Source of the DNA: an uncultured archaeon
GTDB taxonomy: Archaea; Aenigmatarchaeota; Aenigmatarchaeia; Aenigmatarchaeales; Aenigmatarchaeaceae
Direction of reading: 5' to 3'
NCBI GenBank assembly: GCA_964348065.1
Contig: CAYGBE010000214.1
Location: forward strand, 66,572 to 130,571
DNA length: 64,000 bases
The position numbers were made by a program, and so were the translations under genes. Positions within the stretch are counted from its first letter, which is position 1, and every line of letters starts with the position of its first letter. This document shows, one piece after another, positions 35,549-43,913 of this stretch. The notes below the pieces were generated by a model. The model ran no database searches, had not been told where the DNA came from, and saw only the letters and a program-made list of their open reading frames with translations.

Positions 35549-36757
35549 GTGAAGGGTTTTATTTATTTGTTAGAAATATCAATTGCATTAATATTAATTT
35601 TAGTGGTTTTAGGAACTGTTTCTAGTTACGAAGTAAAAGAAAGCTGGGAAAGAACAGATTTAATTGGAATAGCTGATAATATGGTGAGATTGATAAAAAA
35701 CGAGCATATTTTAGATATTTTAAGTGGCAATTTAAGCTTGATTGAAACTTTAATTCCCCCAAATGTTGATTTTGGGTTAAAAGTTAAAGCTACTCCCAAA
35801 CAAAACATAAGTGTTGGTTGTGTTGATGGAACAAGTTTTAGTTATGTAAACGGACTTTTAACAGATGCTTTTGTCAATAATTATTGGATAAATTTTAGTG
35901 TTGGACAATTTGACATAGAAACCTTGAATTATATTCCCTTATATTATGATGTTATTGTATTTGTCAATTATACAGGATATAATAGTAGAAAATCTAATAT
36001 TACAGATTATTTAGATAATGGTGGCGTTATAATAGGAATAAACGCAACTGAAAATACAGCAAATACTGATTTTATGGACATTTTTGGTTTAAGTTCTATT
36101 GTTTCTAGTGTTGGTAATTTTCATTTTACAGAGTATGGGCCAGAACAAGATGAAATTGAAAAATATTTCTTAGGTTTAGGTTTTGATATAATTACTGATT
36201 TTACTATAGATAGTAAAAAATGGGGAAATTGGTATATTTGGGAAGAAACTAGAACAGTAAACATTACATCTTTTAAAACAGTTGATATAGAAAGCAAAAG
36301 ACCTAGTGAAACAGAGCTTACAAACATACCAGAAGGTGGTTTTTTCACTTTAGAAAACCCCATTGATAACACAAACTATACATTCAAAGTTAAAAAAGTT
36401 TTTTGGAGTGATTTTGTAATAATTCAAGCAATGAATACGTCTTTTATTTTTCAAGATTTTTCTGAAGAAGGCGGGGCACCTTCTAAAGACGTAATAGGAA
36501 AATTTAATATTATAGCCAAATCTGGTGATGATGCAGAAATGACTTCTAACAACACTGCAATCTGGATTTCAGATTTTCCAGAAAGTGATGAATATAGAGT
36601 CTTAGTAAAGGCTGCTATTGCTTCAAGAGTAAAAGAATGGACATTAAAAGAACCTGATTTAACAAAAGAATACGTTGCTGTTTCCTCATTCTTTCCTTTA
36701 TGTTGTGATATGCCTGAAACAGTTGAATTGGCCTTTTATTTGTGGTATAAAATATGA
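35549..36757 (+). CDS. large pilin-like protein (class III signal, 402 aa)
   Basis: GTG start. (M)KG/FIYLLEISIALILILVVLGTV N-terminus followed by a ~370-aa N-glycosylation-sequon-rich domain. Confidence 0.55.
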   Translation: MKGFIYLLEISIALILILVVLGTVSSYEVKESWERTDLIGIADNMVRLIKNEHILDILSGNLSLIETLIPPNVDFGLKVKATPKQNISVGCVDGTSFSYVNGLLTDAFVNNYWINFSVGQFDIETLNYIPLYYDVIVFVNYTGYNSRKSNITDYLDNGGVIIGINATENTANTDFMDIFGLSSIVSSVGNFHFTEYGPEQDEIEKYFLGLGFDIITDFTIDSKKWGNWYIWEETRTVNITSFKTVDIESKRPSETELTNIPEGGFFTLENPIDNTNYTFKVKKVFWSDFVIIQAMNTSFIFQDFSEEGGAPSKDVIGKFNIIAKSGDDAEMTSNNTAIWISDFPESDEYRVLVKAAIASRVKEWTLKEPDLTKEYVAVSSFFPLCCDMPETVELAFYLWYKI

Positions 36758-37398
36758 AATTCTGCTTTTTATGTGGCAAAAAAACTGAAAATCTGATAAA
36801 AGGATATTGTGAAGAATGCTACAATAAAAAGTTCAAATTAATAGAAATTCCTGAAGAAATCAATGTTACAATATGTTCTAAATGTAATAAAATAAAGGAA
36901 AAAAACAAGTGGAAAGACATAGAAATTGACGGTTTCCTAAGAAATAAAATAAAAATTCTTGGAAAAAATGTTAAAATAAGATTTGAGAAAAATGATGTTT
37001 TAAGAATTTATGTCAAAGGTTTTTTAGAAGGTTCTAAAACCCTTAAAGAAGAGACTTATGAATTAAAACTGAAAATAAATAAAGAAGTTTGTCTTAATTG
37101 CTCTAGAAAATATGGAGATTATCATGAAGCTGTATTGCAAATAAGAGGAAATTTAACAAATGACGATTTTAATTCAATAGATGACCTTGTTTTAATGAAA
37201 AAAGGGTTTTATAAAATAAAAGAAGTTAAAGGTGGTTATGATCTTCTCATAGGTAGCAAAGCTTTAAGTGAAAAAATCACAGATTTCTTAAGAAAAAAAT
37301 ATAAAACTGAAATAAAAAAGAGTTATAAGCTTGTTACAAGCAAAGATGGTAAAGATATTTATAGGAATATCATTTTAATAAAAATACTAAGTGATTAA
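36754..37398 (+). CDS. NMD3-family protein (archaeal homolog of the 60S export/biogenesis adaptor)
   Basis: Paired zinc motifs CFLCG...CEECY, CSKCNK, CLNCSRKYGDYHEAVLQIRG at the N-terminus, as in NMD3 N-domains. Start overlaps the previous stop (ATGA). Confidence 0.6.
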   Translation: MKFCFLCGKKTENLIKGYCEECYNKKFKLIEIPEEINVTICSKCNKIKEKNKWKDIEIDGFLRNKIKILGKNVKIRFEKNDVLRIYVKGFLEGSKTLKEETYELKLKINKEVCLNCSRKYGDYHEAVLQIRGNLTNDDFNSIDDLVLMKKGFYKIKEVKGGYDLLIGSKALSEKITDFLRKKYKTEIKKSYKLVTSKDGKDIYRNIILIKILSD

Positions 37399-37710
37399 AT
37401 GGCCAAAGGAACAGAAGAAGAGATAATAAGAGTAAGAGTACCAAGAAATGATGAAACAATAGGTCTTGTAACAGCTCTACTTGGAGGAGGAAGAGTAGAA
37501 GCTAAGTGTGACGACGGTTTTACAAGAATTTGCAGGATTCCTGGCAAAATAAAAAGGAGATTGTGGATTAAACCTGGAAATTTAATCTTAGTTAAGCCCT
37601 GGAGCGTTCAAAAAGAAGAAAGGGCAGATGTTCTTTGGCTATACAGCAGAGCTCAGGCCCATTGGCTTAAGAGAAAAGGCTTTGTAAAAAATATTTCTCC
37701 AGAAGTCTAA
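37399..37710 (+). CDS. eif1a: translation initiation factor aIF-1A
   Basis: IGLVTALLGGGRVEAKCDDGFTRICRIPGKIKRRLWIKPGNLILVKPW...ADVLWLY is the eIF1A OB-fold signature. Confidence 0.9.
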   Translation: MAKGTEEEIIRVRVPRNDETIGLVTALLGGGRVEAKCDDGFTRICRIPGKIKRRLWIKPGNLILVKPWSVQKEERADVLWLYSRAQAHWLKRKGFVKNISPEV

Positions 37711-37864
37711 AAAATTCGAGTTTTGTTTGATGTATACCAAAGGAAAAAAATGTGTTAAAAGAAATTTTATTTTTTTATTATTAGACTTGTACGTTTTGAA
37801 AATTAAGTTAGATTTTTATATTAATTAAATTATAATAAACATAAGTAATCAAGGGTGAGGGAAA

Positions 37865-38164
37865 ATGCCAAAGATAGTTTACGAGTATCCTGATGAAGAA
37901 AGACTAGAAGTTCTAGTTCTTGCTAATTCTCCATGCACTCCTAGCGAGCTTTTGAGAATTGAAAAAATACCTGTTAAGCCAAACACCTTAGAAACCTTAA
38001 AGAAAAAACTGGACTGGCTAGTAAACCAGGGAAAATTAAAAAAGAAAAGAGTTGCCCAAGGAAATGTTTACTGGCATATGAGCATTGAAAATTATAAGAA
38101 AAAAACTTTGATGAGAGCTACTGAAGAATTGGTTAGAACTGATGGAAAATTCGACGAATCATGA
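37865..38164 (+). CDS. hypothetical small protein (possible winged helix)
   Basis: 99 aa with a GGTGAGGG SD. LDWLVNQGKLKKKRVAQGNVYW resembles a wHTH wing. Confidence 0.4.
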   Translation: MPKIVYEYPDEERLEVLVLANSPCTPSELLRIEKIPVKPNTLETLKKKLDWLVNQGKLKKKRVAQGNVYWHMSIENYKKKTLMRATEELVRTDGKFDES

Positions 38165-38641
38165 ACTTGCTTCTTGTAAAAACCCATAAACTTTAGAGTG
38201 TTTTGATCCTCTTATTATCATTTTTATTGCTTGTCTGGCAATATTCATTTGTTCATAATTTCCTATTACACAAACTGTTTTTCCGTATACAGAAACTGAG
38301 CAACCGCTAAAATTTTCTATTAATCTTCTTGTTTTTCCCTTAGTTCCTATTAATCTAGCCTTTATTACCTTTGTTTTTTTATCAGTAAATCCTGTTAATT
38401 TTATTATTTCTAAAGATTCGTTTTCATTTAGCAATCTAAAGGCTTTTTCAGGGGAAAACCCTCTTGCAATTGCTTTTACAATGGTTTTTGCTTGAAATAA
38501 TTCTAGTCCTTCGCCTTCTATTAAAGCAGAATTTTCTTCAAAAGATAGTTTAATTTTTAAAGAACTTTCAAGTTTTTTTACTGTTTTTTGATCCTTTACA
38601 ACCTTTATTCTTTCTTTGGGAACTAATACAGTTTCTATGAT
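38159..38641 (-). CDS. two-KH-domain RNA-binding protein (Dim2/Pno1-like); 5' end extended beyond the track ORF, no canonical start codon
   Basis: The track ORF starts at an internal TTG (38434). The same frame stays open up to 38674 and encodes the first KH domain (IIETVLVPKERIKVVKDQKTVKKLE...ALIEGEGLELFQAKTIVKAIARGFSPEKAFRLLNENESLEII). The second KH is RLIGTKGKTRRLIENFSGCSVSVYGKTVCVIG. Confidence 0.7.
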   Translation of the reverse strand: MIETVLVPKERIKVVKDQKTVKKLESSLKIKLSFEENSALIEGEGLELFQAKTIVKAIARGFSPEKAFRLLNENESLEIIKLTGFTDKKTKVIKARLIGTKGKTRRLIENFSGCSVSVYGKTVCVIGNYEQMNIARQAIKMIIRGSKHSKVYGFLQEASS

Positions 38642-38670
38642 AAAATCACCTAATAGAATATTATTGTTAA

Positions 38671-39246
38671 TTATTTATTTTTTCCTAATGTTTCTATCCA
38701 AGAACTTAATTCTTTTATGAATTTCTGTCTATATTCTTGAGCGTCTAGAGGAAGTCCTCTAATTAGAGCCTCTTTTAATTTAGATGAATCTTCCCCTATT
38801 TTAACAGGAATCATTCCAGCTGTATTATAATTTGCTGTAGAAAACCCTAGTTCTTCTAATTCTTTAGGCCAAGTAATATCAAGATTTCTCCACTCTCCAT
38901 TTTTTACTTGTAAAAAATTATGATAATCCCTAATACCATTAGACTTAACAACAATTTCTCTTAATTTCTCTGGAACAGTCACATTAAATTTATTTAACCA
39001 ATCTAAATCAAAAATAACTTCAATCAGAACTTCTCTAACAACATGATCAGTTTTTTTAGTAATAAGTTCTTTCAAAAGATCATGTTTTCCTGAGCAGGTT
39101 CCCTTCTTCTCTCTATAAACATCTTCTCCACGTCTGCTTCCTATTGCCCCATAAGTTATTTGTCTAACACCTTCTGCTAACTGTGAAATAATGTCCCCTT
39201 TAGGATCTCTTACATACTCTTCGAACGCTTTATCTAAATAGTCCAT
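38671..39246 (-). CDS. hypothetical protein
   Basis: 191-aa ORF with no TM. No family recognised by eye. Confidence 0.4.
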   Translation of the reverse strand: MDYLDKAFEEYVRDPKGDIISQLAEGVRQITYGAIGSRRGEDVYREKKGTCSGKHDLLKELITKKTDHVVREVLIEVIFDLDWLNKFNVTVPEKLREIVVKSNGIRDYHNFLQVKNGEWRNLDITWPKELEELGFSTANYNTAGMIPVKIGEDSSKLKEALIRGLPLDAQEYRQKFIKELSSWIETLGKNK

Positions 39247-39297
39247 AATTTTAGTTTAAACAGAAAGTTTTTTAAATGCTTCTAAATCAAAGAGAAT

Positions 39298-40035
39298 TTA
39301 AATTATAGTCATCTTCTTTTGTTGATCTGTGGTTATTTTTAATTTGAAGTTTTTATCAATGTAAAAATCTATTTCGCTTCTTACTCCAAATTTATTTCTT
39401 AAATATACACCGGGCTCAATTGTATAACCAGTATTAAGTTTTATTCTGTTTCTACTGTTTCTAGCTAAATTAGTTCCTTTTCCATGGTCAGAATAAAAAC
39501 CTAGAACATGTCCTGTTTTATGTAAAAAGAATTTTCCATAACCTTTTGAAGATATATAAGATCTGACAACCCTGTCTATTTGTTTGCCTTTAGGTAGTTT
39601 TCTTTTTATTAATTGATTTTTAATAAATGATAAAGCATTATCCCTTGCATTTAGAACAGTATAAAAGATTTCTTTGATATTTTTAAATGGTTTTTCTATA
39701 GAACACATCCAAGTTACATCAGCAAAAGTTGCATTTGTCTTTTTTAATTTAGCCCATAAATCAATCATTATCAAGCTATTTTTCTTTATTTTAATTGCTT
39801 TATTCTTTTTCGGAAAGTAATGTGGTTTAGACGTATTCTTATCTATTGATACTATTGGAGGCTGATCGGTTTTTAGCTTATTTTCTCTAAATTTTTCTAG
39901 AATGAACTGTTGGATATCATAATCTGTTAGTTTGAATTTATTTTTTCTAATGTGTTTTATAGTCTGTTCTTTAATTTTACATAAAATTTTAGCAGCTTTA
40001 ATGTGATTTTTTAATGCTTGTTGATTCCAACTCAT
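39298..40035 (-). CDS. M24-family metallopeptidase (Xaa-Pro peptidase-like catalytic domain only)
   Basis: Pita-bread fold ligand order D (IMIDLW), D (ADVTW), H (HKTGHVLG), E (YTIEPG), E (RSEIDF). Confidence 0.6.
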   Translation of the reverse strand: MSWNQQALKNHIKAAKILCKIKEQTIKHIRKNKFKLTDYDIQQFILEKFRENKLKTDQPPIVSIDKNTSKPHYFPKKNKAIKIKKNSLIMIDLWAKLKKTNATFADVTWMCSIEKPFKNIKEIFYTVLNARDNALSFIKNQLIKRKLPKGKQIDRVVRSYISSKGYGKFFLHKTGHVLGFYSDHGKGTNLARNSRNRIKLNTGYTIEPGVYLRNKFGVRSEIDFYIDKNFKLKITTDQQKKMTII

Positions 40036-40067
40036 AACATTAGAATATGTAAATCAGGGCTTAATAA

Positions 40068-40832
40068 TTAACTTATTCTTCCTTCAGCTATTTTAGCCAA
40101 ATTCTTTAAGAATTCATAATCACTTTCAATTCCTTCTACTATAAGAACTTCAGCAACGTCCCATTTAGTAAAGCAAATTGTATAAATATTTTCTTTTAAG
40201 CCCCCAAAATCTACAACAGTAACATTATATGCTATGCTTAAATCTCCTATAAAGGGATCAGAAAGCTCAGAAATAGACAATATTTTTTTGTTAGTATTTT
40301 CATAAAATCTTCCTAATCGATAAGTTTGTTTAGCAGCTTCAAAACTAAAACTCATGTTAATAGCACTGTTAACAAGAGGATAAACACCAATGAATTGCTT
40401 GACATTAATTTCATCAGAAAAGAAGCTAACATTATAACCCTTTTTAAACCCAAGATCTCTTTCAATTTTAGTAACTTCTTCTTTAAATCTTATGCTTGTT
40501 TCTATGATTGCCCATCTTTTAGATGGTAAATCAGAAGTCTGTAAAGCCATTTCAGAAGGCTCTTTTGAAGCCATTTGAGGAACTCCACAAGCCCTTGTTT
40601 CTTCAGGTTTATCGTCAATTGTACCACAATCATTTTTATCTATACATTCTCTGTTTTGAACTCCAATTTCAGAATTTATTCTTTCACAATCTGACCAAAA
40701 ACCACAATCCCAATCTGTCGTACATTCTGGTTCAAAAGTTTCATTTGCTATAATCTCTCCTGTTGGAGTTCCTTCAATGCAGCCTGCAACAAGGACTACA
40801 AAAATAATAGACAATTGTATAACTTTTCTCAT
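40068..40832 (-). CDS. secreted lipobox protein, hypothetical
   Basis: Signal plus lipobox (VLVAGC). Cys-containing N-terminal segment (ECTTDWDCGFWSDCERI...CIDKNDCG), then a ~170-aa domain. Confidence 0.45.
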   Translation of the reverse strand: MRKVIQLSIIFVVLVAGCIEGTPTGEIIANETFEPECTTDWDCGFWSDCERINSEIGVQNRECIDKNDCGTIDDKPEETRACGVPQMASKEPSEMALQTSDLPSKRWAIIETSIRFKEEVTKIERDLGFKKGYNVSFFSDEINVKQFIGVYPLVNSAINMSFSFEAAKQTYRLGRFYENTNKKILSISELSDPFIGDLSIAYNVTVVDFGGLKENIYTICFTKWDVAEVLIVEGIESDYEFLKNLAKIAEGRIS

Positions 40833-41100
40833 GTTAAAAATATGGAAACATAATGATTTAAATACTTTTTAAAATAAACGACATTAGTCTATTAGAAAAA
40901 TTAAGTATTATTTCAAGTTTTGAATATTGATTTACCTATACCACAGGCAAAATTCTTGGCAAAATCATACAATAGTTTTTTAGAACTCAATTTAGCTTTA
41001 ATACAACTTAACTTATATAAATTTCGAACTTAATTTCTATTAAAGAATAATAATAAGATATAAGAAGAACAACACTTATTATTGTGCTTATCAAAAGCTG

Positions 41101-42729
41101 ATGCTTATGTCAAATACTGGATTAACTGCAGAAATTCTGTCAAAAAATCTTAAGGCAATATCTGTAGCCGAATTTTTCGAAAAGAATAGGCACTTGCTAG
41201 GTTATGAGAACACCACTAAGGCAATGCTTACAGTTGTAAAGGAATTAGTAGATAATTCTATAGATGCTTGTGAAGAAGCAGCAATTTTGCCAAATATTAA
41301 GGTTTCTGTAAAGCAATCAGGAGAAAATAAATTTATAATAAAGGTTGAAGACAATGGGCCAGGAATTGTAGAAGATAAGCTTCCCTTTGCTTTTGGAAAG
41401 CTTTTATATGGAAGTAAATTTCACAGACTTAGACAATCAAGGGGAACTCAAGGCATAGGTGTAAGTGGAGCTATATTATATTCACAATTAACAAGTGGAA
41501 AACCAATAAAAATAACATCAAGCATTGGAAAAAGATATATTAGCGATATAGAGCTTATGATTGATGTTACTAGAAATGAACCTCATGTAATTTCTAGTAA
41601 AAGAGAAAAAAATCCTGAAAAATGGCATGGTGTTAAAGTTGAAATGGAAATTGAAGGAAGATATATTGAAAAAGGCCAATCAATACCAGAATATCTTAAA
41701 GAAACTGCAATAATGAACCCTTATACAAGAATAATTTATCAAGGACCCAATGGTAAGGTTACATTTCCAAGAGCTGTGCACAAGTTACCAAGAAGACCTA
41801 AAGAAATAAAACCTCATCCTTATGGTGTAGAATTAGGAATTTTAAGAAGAATGGTTGAAACAACCAAAGCAAAAAACATTGTTAGCTTTCTAAAAGCAGA
41901 TTTTTCAAGAGTAGGAAAAACATCTGCGTTGCAAATGTGCAAATTAGCTAAAATTAATCCTAAAAAAAAGCCCCGCTCATTAGATTATAATGATGTTACA
42001 AGATTGCACAAGGCAATGCAAACAGTAAAACTTGTTTCTCCGCCTACTAATTGTTTATCTCAATTAGGAGAGGAAACAATAACAAAAGGTTTAGAAAAAG
42101 AAATAAAAGGAGAACATTTTGTAGCAATTACAAGATCTCCATCTGTTTACAAAGGAAGACCCTTTGCTGTTGAAGTTGGAATGGCTTATGGTGGAGAATT
42201 AAATCCCAATAAAACAGGTGATCTTCTTAGATTTGCTAATAAGGTTCCATTATTGTATCACCAAGGAGATTGTGCAATTACACAAGCAGTTAAAGAAGTT
42301 GATTGGAGAAGATATGGCTTACGACAATCTTCTGGTTCTTTACCAACATGACCTTTATTAATTTTAGTTCATTTTGCATCAGTTTGGGTTCCTTTTACTT
42401 CAGAAGGAAAACAAGCAATAGCAAGTTATCCTGACATAACAAAAGAAGTTAAACTAGCTTTGCAAGATGCAGGAAGAAAACTTAAGAAATACATAACTGG
42501 AAAAAGAAGAAGACATGAAATACAAATGAGAAGAAATCTATTTGAAAGATATATTCCTGAAGCAGCATTAGCAATTTCAAAAATATCTGATGTTCATAAA
42601 GTAAAAATTGAACATGGTTTAGAAAAAATGCTTAAAAAAGGCTTAAAAGAAGTTGATGGAGAAGCTGAAGAAGAGGTAGAATTAAATGAAGAGGAAACAG
42701 AAAAGATTAGAAGCAAAGAAAAATCTTAA
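41101..42729 (+). CDS. top6B: DNA topoisomerase VI subunit B, interrupted by one in-frame TGA (42349-42351)
   Basis: Bergerat ATPase motifs (ELVDNSIDA, EDNGPGI, GTQGIGVSGA). After ...SSGSLPT-TGA the same frame continues PLLILVHFASVWVPFTSEGKQAIASYPDITKEVKLALQDAGRKLKKY..., the conserved Top6B transducer segment. Total 543 codons, normal for Top6B. Confidence 0.8.
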
Positions 42730-43780
42730 AGATTTAGGCAAAAAATTAGTGAACGATATAAAAGTTCGTAGAAATCCGTCTCTAATTGTTCCTATAAGAG
42801 CTCTGTCTAATGTTATTTATGATACAAATACAAGATTAATAACTCTTGGAGATAAAACATCTAAAAGATACTTCTTTAATGTTGCTCATGTTAGAAAGTT
42901 CGTACAAACAGTAGAAGTTGCAGCAACTGCAAGAGAATTGTTAGATGTTAACAAGCATTTAAGTCTGAGAGAAGTTTTTTACAGAATTAAAAGAACAATA
43001 CCTGATACCAATATTAATATTGTAGATGATCAAAAAGAATCTAACAAAGCAATAGAAGATTTAGAACTAATAACTAATTGTTCTAGGGAACAATTGCATG
43101 TAAATGCAAATAAAATGGGTTCTGTTGCTGGAAATGTTGTTATAAAAGATAAGGGAGACACTGTTAATTGGTCAAAATTAGGATCAGGTGGGTGGTCCAT
43201 ACCCTCTAATGTTGAGGAAATTGAATTCAAAAAAGTAGATGCAAAATTCATAATATACATGGAAAAAGCAGCAGAGTGGGAAAGACTTCATGAAGATAAG
43301 GTATGGAAAAAATTAAATTGCATAATAACATCATCTCAAGGTCAAGCAACAAGAGGTGTAAGAAGATTATTACAAAGATTACATAATGAACATAACCTTC
43401 CTGTTTATGTTTTAGTTGATTTGGATCCTTGGGGGATATATATTTATTCTGTATTAAAATTCGGAAGTATTTCTTTAGCTCATATAAGTGAAAGATTAGC
43501 AATTCCTGATGCAAGATTTTTAGGTTTAACTCCTTACGATATAGAAGAATTTGGATTAAAAAGACATTTAATAAAGTTTAAAGACGTTGATATAAAAAGA
43601 TTAAATGATTTAACAAAATATGAATGGTTTAAAGATAAGAAAGAGTGGCAAAAGTTCTTTAACAAAATGAAAGAATTAAAAGGCAAAGTTGAATTAGCAG
43701 CTTTATCTTCTAAAGGTATTTCATTTATATCTGAAAAATATATTCCTGAAAAAATTAAGAAAAATGAGTGGTTAGATTAG
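42686..43780 (+). CDS. top6A: DNA topoisomerase VI subunit A (Spo11 homolog)
   Basis: LSLREVFYRIK carries the catalytic Tyr context. Toprim segment FIIYMEKAAEWERL...VLVDLDPWGIYIY. Overlaps the top6B 3' end by 44 nt. Confidence 0.9.
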   Translation: MKRKQKRLEAKKNLKDLGKKLVNDIKVRRNPSLIVPIRALSNVIYDTNTRLITLGDKTSKRYFFNVAHVRKFVQTVEVAATARELLDVNKHLSLREVFYRIKRTIPDTNINIVDDQKESNKAIEDLELITNCSREQLHVNANKMGSVAGNVVIKDKGDTVNWSKLGSGGWSIPSNVEEIEFKKVDAKFIIYMEKAAEWERLHEDKVWKKLNCIITSSQGQATRGVRRLLQRLHNEHNLPVYVLVDLDPWGIYIYSVLKFGSISLAHISERLAIPDARFLGLTPYDIEEFGLKRHLIKFKDVDIKRLNDLTKYEWFKDKKEWQKFFNKMKELKGKVELAALSSKGISFISEKYIPEKIKKNEWLD

Positions 43781-43913
43781 AAAAAGAATACTAAGATAAT
43801 ATGGTTTTTTGACAATAAAAAAATTTATATTCTGTAGTATATTGAAAGAAGTTTTAAAAATTACTAAAACGTAGTTTTGAAGGGTTCTTCTTCTCTCCCA
43901 AGGAGGAATAAAC

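Noticed and set aside
28006-36757. Interpreting the pilin/ATPase/platform locus as an archaellum (motility) operon
   Set aside because: No FlaC/D/E, FlaF, FlaG or FlaH (ArlC-H) homologs lie between the pilins and the ATPase. The platform is split Tad-style, and a vWA adhesin is present. An adhesive pilus fits better.
42349-42351. Genome-wide UGA reassignment (e.g. UGA=Gly/Trp) or selenocysteine as the explanation for the top6B in-frame TGA
   Set aside because: TGA terminates at least seven other well-supported genes in this window (for example at 30863, 33570, 36757, 38164, 46478, 55375). Two of them are backed up immediately by TAA/TAG. I see no SECIS-like structure, and the position is not a redox-active site. 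A local mutation, split or readthrough remains open.
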